This document shows, piece after piece, positions 1 to 8,959 of a stretch of 64,000 nt of DNA. The notes under the pieces are model-generated. The model saw only the letters and a list, made by a program, of their open reading frames with translations, made no database searches and was not told the origin of the DNA. How positions within the stretch are numbered: position 1 is the stretch's first letter; every line of letters begins with the position of its first letter. Location: contig JAXHNI010000008.1 of assembly GCA_034520625.1 (NCBI GenBank), positions 623,574 to 687,573 on the forward strand, read 5' to 3'. The DNA comes from Gammaproteobacteria bacterium. Lineage in GTDB: Bacteria; Pseudomonadota; Gammaproteobacteria; Arenicellales; JAANXG01. Position numbers and translations under genes: made by a program.

Positions 1-630
1 CTCCTGCAGGGTCCGGTACAGGCCGGGCGCCACGGCACGCTCCCCGTCGTCGAGGTACTGGTTGCGGGAGCTCAGGGCCAGGCCGTCCCCGGCGCGTGCG
101 GTTTCGACCCCGTCAATTTCGACGGGCATCGCCAGGTCCGCCACCATGCGCCTGATGATGATGAGCTGCTGGTAGTCCTTGCGGCCGAACACGGCGACAT
201 CGGGACCGACGATATTGAACAGCCGGGCCACCACGGTGGTGACCCCCTGGAAGTGCGTCGGCCGGCGCTCACCGCACAGGATCTCGCCCAGCTCCGGCAC
301 CACGACCCGGGTCTGGCGGGCGGCGCCCCGGGGATAAATCGTGGCCTCTTCCGGCAGGAAAACCGCAGCCACGCCAAGCCGCTCGAGGGCCGTAAGGTCG
401 GCGTCCAGGGTTCGGGGATAGCTGCCGAAGTCCTCATTCGCCCCGAACTGCAGCGGATTGACGTAGATGCTCACCATCACCGCCCCGCAGCGCCGCGCCG
501 CGTGCTCCACCAGGGCGAGATGACCCTGGTGGAGATTGCCCATGGTCGGCACGAAGCCGATGGAACCGTGCCGGCTCCGCAGGTCACGGACACGGTCGCG
601 CACCTCGCCTACGGTTTTCAGGTGATGCAT
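1..630 (-). CDS. panC: pantoate--beta-alanine ligase (pantothenate synthetase); 3' end runs off the window
   Basis: My own reverse-strand translation from the ATG at 630-628 reads MHHLKTVGEVRDRVRDLRSRHGSIGFVPTMGNLHQGHLALVEHAARRCGAVMVSIYVNPLQFG... PTMGxLHxGH is the HIGH-type motif of PanC. A GGGGGAA SD-like stretch lies upstream. It is absent from the ORF track because there is no stop inside the window. Confidence 0.85.
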   Translation of the reverse strand, partial: MHHLKTVGEVRDRVRDLRSRHGSIGFVPTMGNLHQGHLALVEHAARRCGAVMVSIYVNPLQFGANEDFGSYPRTLDADLTALERLGVAAVFLPEEATIYPRGAARQTRVVVPELGEILCGERRPTHFQGVTTVVARLFNIVGPDVAVFGRKDYQQLIIIRRMVADLAMPVEIDGVETARAGDGLALSSRNQYLDDGERAVAPGLYRTLQE

Positions 631-662
631 CGAAATTCCCCCGCGCCGTCCATGCCGGCGGT

Positions 663-1334
663 TCAGGCGCTCGACAGGGGATTGAAATAGTGACGCCCGC
701 TGCGGGTGTCGCGAATACGCGCCAGCAGCGTGTTGAAGTCCGCCTCCACGTCCACGAAATTGATCTCCGCGGCGTTGATGATCAGCAGCGGCGTTTCCGA
801 ATAACGATGGAAAAAGCGGGTGTAGGCGTCCACCAGCTCGGCGAGATAATCGTGATCGATGGATTTTTCATACGCCACCCCCCGCTTCTCGATCCGTTCC
901 CGCAGCACCTCCACCGGCGCCTGGAGATAGATCACCAGGTCCGGAACAGGGGTCGCCGGCGCCAGATGCTCGTAGACCTGGCGGTACAGGCGGAACTCGT
1001 CGTCGTCCAGGTTCACCCGGGCGAACAAGACGTCCTTCTGCAGCAGGAAATCGGCGACCCGACCCGGCGTGAACATGTCGCCCTGACGCAGGGCCTGCAG
1101 CTGCCGGGCCCGCTGAAACAGGAAGAACAGCTGCGTTGGCAGCGCATATCGCTGCCTCGCGGCGTAGAAACGCTCCAGGAACGGGTTTTCCCCGGGCTCC
1201 TCGAGCACCAGCTCCGAGCCGAACGCCTCCGCCAGGCGTCGTGCCAGGCTGGTCTTGCCCACTCCGATGGGACCTTCCACAACGATGTAGGACGGTGATG
1301 CGTCTTGGCTTCGGTTCGGTTCCACTGGGTTCAT
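663..1334 (-). CDS. deoxynucleoside kinase family protein (dAK/dGK-like)
   Basis: C-terminal 223 aa of track ORF 663..1481. It has the P-loop VVEGPIGVGKTS, followed by ENPFLERFY and a dNK-like lid region. I place the start at the internal ATG (MNPVEPN) at 1334, because the upstream extension is Arg/Gly-rich and overlaps the yciB promoter region. Confidence 0.8.
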   Translation of the reverse strand: MNPVEPNRSQDASPSYIVVEGPIGVGKTSLARRLAEAFGSELVLEEPGENPFLERFYAARQRYALPTQLFFLFQRARQLQALRQGDMFTPGRVADFLLQKDVLFARVNLDDDEFRLYRQVYEHLAPATPVPDLVIYLQAPVEVLRERIEKRGVAYEKSIDHDYLAELVDAYTRFFHRYSETPLLIINAAEINFVDVEADFNTLLARIRDTRSGRHYFNPLSSA

Positions 1335-1479
1335 GATGGTATTATTGCCTGCCATGGATGTCACTGGCCAGCGGCCGGTGGTGGAATCCTTGCCGCGGCC
1401 GGCCCACGAGACGCATTGGTATCCAGCCGTCCTGTTGGCGTAACATGCCGCACTTTTTCCGGACCCCGGACCGCGCAAC

Positions 1480-2052
1480 ATGAAACTCGTTTTTGACCTG
1501 TTCCCCCTGATCCTGTTCTTTGCCGCTTACCGCGCCTTCGACATCTTCGTGGCCACCGGCGTCGCCATCGCGGCGGTCATCGCGCAGGTGGGTTGGCTCA
1601 AAATCAGGAACCACAGGATCGAGGCAATGCACATCATCAGCCTGGTGGTGATCGTGATTTTTGGCGGGGCCACCATCCTCACCGAGAACGAAGCCTTTAT
1701 CCGCTGGAAGCCGACGATTCTCTACTGGTGCTTCTCGGCGGTTCTGTTCGGATCCCGGTTCCTGTTCCGGAAGCCGGCGATACAATATGTCATGGGCTCC
1801 CAGTTGAGCCTCCCCGTACACGTATGGAACAGGATGAACCTGAGCTTCGCGGTGTTCACCCTGGTCATGGGCCTGCTCAATCTCTACGTGGCGTTCTACT
1901 ACGGCGCGGATCTGGCGCCCGACGTACAGCGGGACCATTGGGTCAATTTCAAGGTATTCGGGACGATGATACTGACTTTTTTGTTCGTTATCGGCCTGAT
2001 GCTTTCTTTGTCCCGGCATTTGAACATTGAGAACGACGAGGAGAAATCGTGA
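1480..2052 (+). CDS. yciB: intracellular septation protein A (YciB/IspZ family inner-membrane protein)
   Basis: 190 aa. The N-terminus [27 protein letters not shown] and five hydrophobic segments are typical of YciB. It is immediately followed by a YciI-family gene, which is the usual pairing. Confidence 0.85.
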   Translation: MKLVFDLFPLILFFAAYRAFDIFVATGVAIAAVIAQVGWLKIRNHRIEAMHIISLVVIVIFGGATILTENEAFIRWKPTILYWCFSAVLFGSRFLFRKPAIQYVMGSQLSLPVHVWNRMNLSFAVFTLVMGLLNLYVAFYYGADLAPDVQRDHWVNFKVFGTMILTFLFVIGLMLSLSRHLNIENDEEKS

Positions 2053-2348
2053 TGTACTACCTGATTCTCGCCAAGGATGTACAGGATTCGCTGCCTCTCA
2101 GGAAGGGCGCCCGCACGGACCACCTGGCCCGCCTCAACGCCCTGCGCGACGAGGGCCGCCTGCTCACCGCGGGTCCCATGCCGGCGGTGGACAGCGAGGA
2201 CCCCGCCGAGGCCGGCTTTACCGGCAGCGTCATCATCGCCGAGTTCGATTCGCTGGATGACGCCAGGGCGTGGGCGGAGGCGGACCCCTATCGCGGCGCC
2301 GGGGTCTACGACTCCATCGAGGTGGTGCCCTACAAGAAGGTGTTCTAG
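2049..2348 (+). CDS. YciI family protein
   Basis: 99 aa: [29 protein letters not shown]...[23 protein letters not shown], a YciI-like fold signature. It overlaps the yciB stop (GTGATG). Confidence 0.85.
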   Translation: MMYYLILAKDVQDSLPLRKGARTDHLARLNALRDEGRLLTAGPMPAVDSEDPAEAGFTGSVIIAEFDSLDDARAWAEADPYRGAGVYDSIEVVPYKKVF

Positions 2349-2447
2349 CGTACCCCCGCTGATACTGTGACCTTCCAGAGTACCTCTGTGCTGTCAAGGT
2401 TCGGGGCTCTGACGCAGGCCAGCTAAAGAACCGGCACCGGGGAATGG

Positions 2448-2557
2448 GGCCAGTGGCGGGGGCTGTCCCCCAGGGCTGTCGAAAACAGGGATGTTTGAGC
2501 CAGAGCGTACACGGATGTATTCACAGCGGCCCTGGGGGACAGCCCCCGCCACTGGCC
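2448..2557. repeat. 110-bp palindromic element: perfect 29-bp inverted repeats with a 52-nt spacer
   Basis: GGCCAGTGGCGGGGGCTGTCCCCCAGGGC at 2448-2476 is the exact reverse complement of 2529-2557. Each arm also contains its own GGGGG-CTGT-CCCCC mini-hairpin. Confidence 0.85.
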
Positions 2558-2676
2558 TGCCCCTAATTTTACGGGCCGTCAAGCCGGATCAATGTCCACA
2601 GATCTCCGCATGGTGCGATATCTGTAGCGGACACGTCAGGAAATACCGCGGGAGCCCGCAACCGGACGCCGGTGAT

Positions 2677-2695
2677 ACGCCTCACCGTGAGGCGT
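2677..2695 (-). terminator. hairpin just downstream of the 2701..3186 gene (possible weak terminator)
   Basis: ACGCCTCA-CCG-TGAGGCGT forms an 8-bp stem with a 3-nt loop, 6 nt after the stop codon. No U-tract follows, so terminator function is uncertain. Confidence 0.3.
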
Positions 2696-2700
2696 CCCGC

Positions 2701-3186
2701 CTACTGTGCGGCAGTTTCGTCGTCCTTGTCATCCGACTGGAACGACTCGACAGCGCTACTATACGTGCTCTGCAGCTTGTCATAGGCCGTGATGAAGCCC
2801 TGCTTGGTGCTGTCCCAGGCCTCCGCCGATCCATGCTTCATGGCGCCGTACCACTCCGCGACCTGGTTGCGCTGCTCGCGCATGGACTTGAGCATTTCGG
2901 TGCGTTCCTCTCTGGCTTCTTCGCTCAGGGAATCCCAGTGCTCTTGCGTCCACGCCTGCATTTTCTCAAGGCGCTCGTCCATGGCATCCAGGGTTTTCCT
3001 GCCGGCTTCAACGGCCTTGTCCCGCTGCTCGGCGCTGTAGGACCCCAGGGCCTCCATGGTTTCGTTCCATTCCCTTTCCGTGGCCGGATTCGGCTTCGTG
3101 GCTTCTTCCCCGCTGTCGGACTGCACGGGGACGGCGACGATCAGAAGCACGGCAAACGAGGCCAGTGCTTGTTTCGGATATCTCAT
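2701..3186 (-). CDS. hypothetical secreted/periplasmic helical protein
   Basis: 161 aa. It has a signal-peptide-like N-terminus (MRYPKQALASFAVLLIVAVPVQS) followed by Glu/Lys/Trp-rich helical repeats. I recognise no family. Confidence 0.6.
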   Translation of the reverse strand: MRYPKQALASFAVLLIVAVPVQSDSGEEATKPNPATEREWNETMEALGSYSAEQRDKAVEAGRKTLDAMDERLEKMQAWTQEHWDSLSEEAREERTEMLKSMREQRNQVAEWYGAMKHGSAEAWDSTKQGFITAYDKLQSTYSSAVESFQSDDKDDETAAQ

Positions 3187-3268
3187 TGGTGGAATGAACC
3201 TCGGCTCGGTTGATGGATTTGATAGTATCCTGCAATGGTTTCGCCGATCCCGGGTCCGGGGCCGGCAA

Positions 3269-3550
3269 TCACCTAGCTCCCGGAACGAACCGCCTCACGA
3301 TACGGTTTACGCTGTCCCGCACGGCGGCCGTGGCGCGGTAGGCGCGCCGGAGTCCGCGAGGCTCCCGGTCCAGTTGCTCGAGCTTCCGATTGGCGGCATC
3401 CTGCTTGGCCCGCAGATCCTCGATCTGTTCCTCGATCCGCCCGGGGCATCCGGTCCGGTTTTCCCCGGCTTGCGCCCTGAGCCCGTCGATCCTGGCCTGC
3501 CATTGCTGGATCTGCCTGCGCAGCTGCTGCTGGTACGAGTGCTTCCCCAT
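3269..3550 (-). CDS. hypothetical coiled-coil protein
   Basis: Track ORF 3269..3601 trimmed to the internal ATG (MGKHSYQQQLRRQIQQWQARIDGLRAQ...). It has a heptad-like Gln/Arg/Glu pattern and a weak RBS. Confidence 0.4.
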   Translation of the reverse strand: MGKHSYQQQLRRQIQQWQARIDGLRAQAGENRTGCPGRIEEQIEDLRAKQDAANRKLEQLDREPRGLRRAYRATAAVRDSVNRIVRRFVPGAR

Positions 3551-3655
3551 GGCTTCATGCGTGCTTGAACAGGAACCATTGTGTCGCCGGCACCACCGCA
3601 TCGCTTTTACATTTGATAATCCGGCGGTTCTCCGTGCGCGTCTCCCCGGCCGGGG

Positions 3656-5056
3656 TCAGCGGGATTCGGTGGCGAGTCGGACCGATCGGCGCACGAGCCA
3701 GGTCAGCCCGGCAAGACTCACCGCGGATGCGGCCACGGCGGCCCATCCCGCCGCCTGGATACCCAGTGCGCCGGCCAGGAGAAAAAAAACGGGAATGTAG
3801 ATCAGCACGGCGCAGGCCTGTATACCCAGCACCGTGCCCTCACGTCCAAGCGCATAGCTCGCCGGACGCAGCGCCGCGCCGCCAAGCTCCAGCGCCGCGG
3901 CCGCCAGCAGCAGCGCCAGGACTGCGGCGCCGCGTCGGTACTCCGGGCCCGCCAGCAGTTCCAGCAACGGCGCACCGAGGATCAGCGCCGCCGCCACGAA
4001 GACACCACCCACTGCCAGCATGGCGGTGCTGACCTGCCGGGTCAGGCGCACGAAGCGTTGCGCGTCGCGCGTCCACAAGCGGCTCAAATCCGGGAATATG
4101 GCCTGGCGAAGCAGTGCCACCGGCTTGCCCAGCACTTCGGCCAGGTCCCGCGCCAGGCGAAAAACGCCGGCCCCGGCGGCTCCGAAATATGCGCCCACGA
4201 TCAGGGTCACGACGTGGCGGGGGAACACGTCCAGGTTGGACTGCCAATAGACGACTTTCAGAAACCGTTTCAGCCGCGGCTCGAGCTCGAACACCTGCCC
4301 CAGGCTGTGAGCGGCGATCGCCGGCATGTCCGGCCGCAGGGCCCGCCAGGCGAAACCGAGGACCACCGCATGCTCGACCAGCAGTCCCGCCGCCCAGATG
4401 ATCACGTACCAGTGTGCCGGGGCGCCGGTACCGGCCGCGAACACGACACCCATAAGGCGTACTAAGGGACCAATGGACAACAGGCCCCCGAGCAGCGCGT
4501 ACCGGTCGAGTACGCGAAGCGCCCCCCGGGCGCTGCCCGTAGCAGTCAGCGCCAACGCCGGCACGTAGCACCACGCGGCCGTTTGCAGGGCCGGATCCAG
4601 GCCGAGCAGTGGCCCCGACAACAGGTTCGCCGCGGCGCCGGCCAGGGCAGCCAGCAGCGCAGTCAGCACATCGATTCTCACGGTTCCCGCCAGGAGCCGC
4701 GGCCACGCGTCGCCGCGCCCCGGGTCGCGCCGCGCCACGCCGAAGCGAATGACCGCTTCGGCGGTCTTCACCGTACACAACTGGCGGATAACCAGCACGC
4801 TGGTGTGAACGAGGACCACCGCCCCGAAACTCTCGGCACCCAATGCCCTTGCCGTCAGCACCGTCGCCGCGAGCGTAGCCACCGCCGCACCGCCGCGGCC
4901 ACCGAGCAGCCAACCGAAATTGACCGCCACCCTGCGGCCGTTGCTCAAGACGTTTCCTGGATAATCGGGGAGAAGTCGTCGACGTCCGGCGCCATCAGCG
5001 TTCGAGCAGTTCCCGGGTTTCCCGGGGCACTGCGGTCTCTTCCAGGTAGCCGGCAT
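3656..5056 (-). CDS. MOP-superfamily polysaccharide/oligosaccharide flippase (Wzx/polysaccharide biosynthesis protein-like)
   Basis: 466-aa ORF with about 12-14 hydrophobic segments and a Wzx-like N-terminal region (VNFGWLLGGRGGAAVATLAATVLTARALGAESFGAVV...). The true start is probably downstream, for example TTG at 4948, which would remove the 62-nt overlap with the Crp/Fnr gene. Confidence 0.7.
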   Translation of the reverse strand: MPATWKRPQCPGKPGNCSNADGAGRRRLLPDYPGNVLSNGRRVAVNFGWLLGGRGGAAVATLAATVLTARALGAESFGAVVLVHTSVLVIRQLCTVKTAEAVIRFGVARRDPGRGDAWPRLLAGTVRIDVLTALLAALAGAAANLLSGPLLGLDPALQTAAWCYVPALALTATGSARGALRVLDRYALLGGLLSIGPLVRLMGVVFAAGTGAPAHWYVIIWAAGLLVEHAVVLGFAWRALRPDMPAIAAHSLGQVFELEPRLKRFLKVVYWQSNLDVFPRHVVTLIVGAYFGAAGAGVFRLARDLAEVLGKPVALLRQAIFPDLSRLWTRDAQRFVRLTRQVSTAMLAVGGVFVAAALILGAPLLELLAGPEYRRGAAVLALLLAAAALELGGAALRPASYALGREGTVLGIQACAVLIYIPVFFLLAGALGIQAAGWAAVAASAVSLAGLTWLVRRSVRLATESR

Positions 5057-5744
5057 CGAATCCCGCCCGCTGGGCCAGGCGGACGGGATCCAGCAACACT
5101 ACGCGGCCCGCATCCAGTGTCACCAGGTGCTCGCGGGTCAGCGCGCGAAAGCACCGGTTGGCATGGACATGGCTCATTCCCAGCGTATCCGACAGCAACG
5201 CCTGGGTAAGGGGGAGCAGCCCGGCATCCTCCCGGTCCACCCCCAGCTTGCGCATCCGGACGTGCAGCTCCACGAACAGGTGCGCCATGCGTTCGGCGGC
5301 CCCGCGCCGGCCGACCCGCACGATCTGCTCGTCCAGCATCCGCTCGCCCTGCCCGGCGATCCAGCTCAGCGCCAGGAGCAGACGCGGCCGGTGTGCCAGC
5401 GCATCGACGAGCTCCGTGGACGGGAACACGGCCAGCGACAGGGCCGTGATGGCTTCCACGCCGTAGTCGGACCGTTTCAGCATCACCGTGTACAGTCCCA
5501 TGATGTCACCGGGCAGCAGATAGTTGAGGATCTGCCTCCGTCCGTCGGCGAAGCTCTTGTATCGGAACGCCCAGCCGTCCAGCAGCACCCAGGTCCGGTT
5601 CATATCCTGCTCTTCCATGACAATCAGGTCCCCGGGGGATGCATCCTCGCGATGCTTCAGAAGGTCGTCCAGGGCGGCGAAGTCATCCTCATCGAGGTAG
5701 TCCAACGCGCGCAGGCGGTGGTGCAATGCGGTCGGGTGCTGCAT
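4995..5744 (-). CDS. Crp/Fnr family transcriptional regulator
   Basis: Track ORF 4995..5861 trimmed to the ATG at 5744 (MQHPTALHHRLRAL...). It has a cNMP-binding-like beta-roll (WVLLDGWAFRYKSFADGRRQILNYLLPGDIMG) and a C-terminal HTH (LTQALLSDTLGMSHVHANRCFRAL). Confidence 0.8.
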   Translation of the reverse strand: MQHPTALHHRLRALDYLDEDDFAALDDLLKHREDASPGDLIVMEEQDMNRTWVLLDGWAFRYKSFADGRRQILNYLLPGDIMGLYTVMLKRSDYGVEAITALSLAVFPSTELVDALAHRPRLLLALSWIAGQGERMLDEQIVRVGRRGAAERMAHLFVELHVRMRKLGVDREDAGLLPLTQALLSDTLGMSHVHANRCFRALTREHLVTLDAGRVVLLDPVRLAQRAGFDAGYLEETAVPRETRELLER

Positions 5745-5977
5745 TGTTGACGGGATATTGGCGTTTGTCGGGTGATGTTGCCGGGTGGCGTCGGGGCCAA
5801 TGATACCGTTCCGGTACCGACAGGCGGAAGGCGGAAGGCGGCCGATAGTGCAATGCAGCATACTATATATCTATACAAACAATATGAATCATCTATTTTG
5901 CAAATGCCCGACAATGCGTTAGTCTGCTTCCCGGACTGCCTGCATGACATAACTAGAAAGAGGTCACGACACGAACC

Positions 5978-6850
5978 ATGGCCACCCAAGCCGAACGGGA
6001 ATCGATCCGCCCCTGGCTCCTGCTGTCGCCAGCATTGATCTCCGTCACCCTGCTGCTGGTGATTCCGGTGATATTCATCGTCGTCTACTCGTTCTGGCTG
6101 CGCACCGCTGTGGGCTCGGAGCAGGTCGGCTTTTACATGGACAACTGGGTGGAGGTGCTGACCGACCCGTTCTACCGGGACATCCTGTTCAGCACCCTGC
6201 GCATCGCCGCCATCACCACCATCGTATGCGCTTTGATGGGCTACGTCCCGGCGTATTTCATCGCCCGCTCCCAGACCCGCTACAAGGCCCTGCTGCTGAT
6301 TCTGCTCATCCTGCCGTTCTGGATCAGCTACATCATCCGCACCATGTCCTGGATCAACATCCTGGGAGTGAGCGGCGCGCTGAACTCAGTGCTTCTCGGC
6401 ATCGGCGTAATCGACTCGCCCCTGCAGATGCTCTACAACGAGCCGTCCGTCATCCTCGGCCTGGTGCACTTCCTGCTACCGTTCATGATCCTGAACGTTT
6501 ATGTCAGCGTCGAAGGCATCGATGAAAACCTGACCGACGCAGCGCGCTCTCTGGGCGCCACCGCCTGGCAGTCCTTTCGCGAGGTCACCCTGCCCCTCTC
6601 GCTTCCCGGTCTGGCGGCCGGCGGGCTGCTGTGCTTCGTACTGTCCGCGGGCACCTACATCACGCCCCTGGTGCTGGGCGGGCCCCAGGACAAGATGTTT
6701 GCGAACCTGGTATTCGACGCCATCATCACCCAACTGAACTGGCCACTCGGCTCCGCCATGTCCCTGGTGCTGTTGATCGTGCTAGGTGCCCTGGTGACCG
6801 TTTACAACCGGTTCGTCGGCATTGGCCAGCTGGCCAAGAGCTTCAAATAG
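5978..6850 (+). CDS. ABC transporter permease (PotB/PotH-like)
   Basis: 290 aa with six TM segments, a PotB-like N-terminus (PWLLLSPALISVTLLLVIPV) and the EAA-loop region DENLTDAARSLGATAWQSFREVTLPL. Confidence 0.9.
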   Translation: MATQAERESIRPWLLLSPALISVTLLLVIPVIFIVVYSFWLRTAVGSEQVGFYMDNWVEVLTDPFYRDILFSTLRIAAITTIVCALMGYVPAYFIARSQTRYKALLLILLILPFWISYIIRTMSWINILGVSGALNSVLLGIGVIDSPLQMLYNEPSVILGLVHFLLPFMILNVYVSVEGIDENLTDAARSLGATAWQSFREVTLPLSLPGLAAGGLLCFVLSAGTYITPLVLGGPQDKMFANLVFDAIITQLNWPLGSAMSLVLLIVLGALVTVYNRFVGIGQLAKSFK

Positions 6851-6858
6851 GGGGGGTC

Positions 6859-7653
6859 ATGGGCTCTGTAAGCTGGAATCTGCTCCGCGCCTACACGATT
6901 TTCGTGTACCTGTTTATGTTCACGCCCATCGCGGTGGTCGTTCTGCTGGCATTCAACTCCAGCCAGTTCGGTGCCTTCCCCATGGAGGGCTTCAGCTTCC
7001 GCTGGTTCGTCGCTTTGTGGGAGAACGATGCCATCGTGCGCGCTTTTCAGGTCTCGCTGCTGCTCGGCACGCTGACGGCCCTGATCTCCACGACCCTGGG
7101 CGTGCTGGCCAGTCTGGCCCTGATTCGCTACGACTTTCCCGGCAAGCAGTCCCTCACCACCCTGCTCATCGCCCCGATTCTGGTACCGGAAGTGGTGCTG
7201 GCGGTGGCGCTGCTGCTGTTCCTGGGCTGGCTCGAACTGCACAAGAGCTTCACCATGCTGCTGCTGGGCCACGTAATCTTCACCCTGCCCTTCGTGCTCC
7301 TGGTGGTCCAGGCCCGGCTGGTGGGCATCAAGCGCGAATACGAGGAGGCCGCCCAGAGCCTCGGCGCGAACCCCTTCCAGACTTTCTTCCAGATCACGCT
7401 GCCGCTCCTGCTGCCAGCGGTGGTTGCGGGCTTCCTGTTCGCCTTCACGATTTCCTTCGACGACATCACCGGCACGCTGTTCTGGAAGCCTGGAGGCATC
7501 GAAACCGTCCCGACCCAGATATTCGCGATGCTGCGACACTCCATCAGCCCCGAGATCAACGCGCTGGGAACGGTCATGATCATCATGACCGTTGCGCTGC
7601 CGCTGCTCGGCGTCGCCATAGCGCGACGTCTGGCGTCGTCTTCATCGACATAA
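6859..7653 (+). CDS. ABC transporter permease (PotC/PotI-like)
   Basis: Track ORF 6631..7653 trimmed to the ATG at 6859 (MGSVSWNLLRAYTIFVYLFMFTPI...). The EAA loop is EYEEAAQSLGANPFQTFFQITLPL. It starts 8 nt after the preceding permease. Confidence 0.9.
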   Translation: MGSVSWNLLRAYTIFVYLFMFTPIAVVVLLAFNSSQFGAFPMEGFSFRWFVALWENDAIVRAFQVSLLLGTLTALISTTLGVLASLALIRYDFPGKQSLTTLLIAPILVPEVVLAVALLLFLGWLELHKSFTMLLLGHVIFTLPFVLLVVQARLVGIKREYEEAAQSLGANPFQTFFQITLPLLLPAVVAGFLFAFTISFDDITGTLFWKPGGIETVPTQIFAMLRHSISPEINALGTVMIIMTVALPLLGVAIARRLASSSST

Positions 7654-7698
7654 CGCAATGCAATTCAAACCGAAAAACCTCAAAGGAGGATACGCAAC

Positions 7699-8850
7699 AT
7701 GACCAACACCAAACGCTATGAACGACTGCTTGAACGCTACAGGAACGGCGACATCGACCGCCGTACTTTCCTCGGACTGCTCGGTGCCGCAGGCCTCGCC
7801 GCCGGTGTGATCGGCGGGCCCCTGCGGCCCATCAGCCGGGCGGTCGCCGCCGACGTCGAACAGATCCGTTTCGACGGCTGGGGCGGCGTGGTCTCGGAAG
7901 CATTTCGTGAGCACGCATTCGACCCCTATACCGAGGCCACCGGCATCGAAGTGGTGGACGGGACCTTCGGCGGCGCCGACGAGTATCTGGCCCGGGTGCG
8001 CTCCAGCCAGCCCGGCGAATACAACCTCGCCCACCTGTCCGGGGTATTCGACTACGAGCGTTACCACAACCTCGACTACAGCGTGGAGCTCAACGAGGAC
8101 AACATTCCGAACCTCGACAACTGCATCCCCAAGCTGGTGGACGTGTTCCGCAAGGTCACCGGCGGCACTCTTTCGGCCGTGCCCTACGACTACGGCACCA
8201 CCAACCTGGCCTACAACCGGAAGCACATCTCCGATGACGAGATCCGGGAAAAGGGCGCCAAGATCCTGATCGACGAGGCCTACAAGGGCAAGATCGGCGG
8301 CTGGGGCGAATGGAAGACCCGTATCTGGTACGGGGCCCTGCAGACCGACCAGGATCCCAACAACATCCAGGACATGGACGCCGTGTGGGATGCCATCCGC
8401 ACCCACCGCGACCTGGCCCTGAAATACTGGGGCTCCGGCGCGGAGCTGATGAGCCTGCTGGCCGAGGAAGAGATCTACGTCACCGAAGCCTGGTCCGGCC
8501 GCGTCCGCGCCCTGCAGGACCAGGGCCACGACATCGGGTACTACGACCCGCCGGGCGGCATCGCCTGGCAGGAATGCCTGTTCGTGATCAAGGGCAGCCC
8601 GCTGCCGGAGTGCGAGGAGCTTCTCAACTTCATGCTCGAGCCCGAGGTGGCAATCGCCGTGGCCGAGGGCCAGAACTATCCGCCGGCCCTGGATCCCAAC
8701 AAGGTGGACCTGGGCGACAAGGTGCCGACCCTGCCGGCGTTCGACCCGACGGGCACCCTGGAGAACCTGACGTTCTTCGACCCGGCGTACTGGAACGGCA
8801 ACGAGGCCGAATGGTCGAAGACCTTCGGCCGGGTTCAGCAGGGCTACTAG
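7699..8850 (+). CDS. ABC transporter periplasmic substrate-binding protein (PotD/PotF family) with a twin-arginine-type signal
   Basis: 383 aa. The N-terminus DIDRRTFLGLLGAAGLAAGVIG matches the RRxFL Tat motif. The remainder resembles family-1 extracellular solute-binding proteins. Confidence 0.85.
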   Translation: MTNTKRYERLLERYRNGDIDRRTFLGLLGAAGLAAGVIGGPLRPISRAVAADVEQIRFDGWGGVVSEAFREHAFDPYTEATGIEVVDGTFGGADEYLARVRSSQPGEYNLAHLSGVFDYERYHNLDYSVELNEDNIPNLDNCIPKLVDVFRKVTGGTLSAVPYDYGTTNLAYNRKHISDDEIREKGAKILIDEAYKGKIGGWGEWKTRIWYGALQTDQDPNNIQDMDAVWDAIRTHRDLALKYWGSGAELMSLLAEEEIYVTEAWSGRVRALQDQGHDIGYYDPPGGIAWQECLFVIKGSPLPECEELLNFMLEPEVAIAVAEGQNYPPALDPNKVDLGDKVPTLPAFDPTGTLENLTFFDPAYWNGNEAEWSKTFGRVQQGY

Positions 8851-8959
8851 GCCGGCAGCACGCCGGAAACCGCGGCCTCGGTGCGCTCCGCGAGGGGCGC
8901 ACCGGGGTCACTTCCGACAACATCTCACAACGTAAATACAAAGTCAGAGGTCTTCAAAC

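Noticed and set aside
2394-2600. A tRNA, tmRNA or other known RNA gene in the structured region around the 110-bp palindrome.
   Set aside because: I could find no cloverleaf arrangement, no T-loop GTTCRANYC motif and no tmRNA or SRP signature sequences.
5849-5861. The 13-mer TGCAATGCAGCAT is shared between the ABC-operon control region (5849-5861) and the 17-bp palindrome at 55517-55529. This could indicate a common regulator site.
   Set aside because: Only half of the palindrome is shared, no sigma54-type promoter accompanies the first copy, and the motif is built from repeated TGCA. It may deserve a genome-wide count but is too weak to call.
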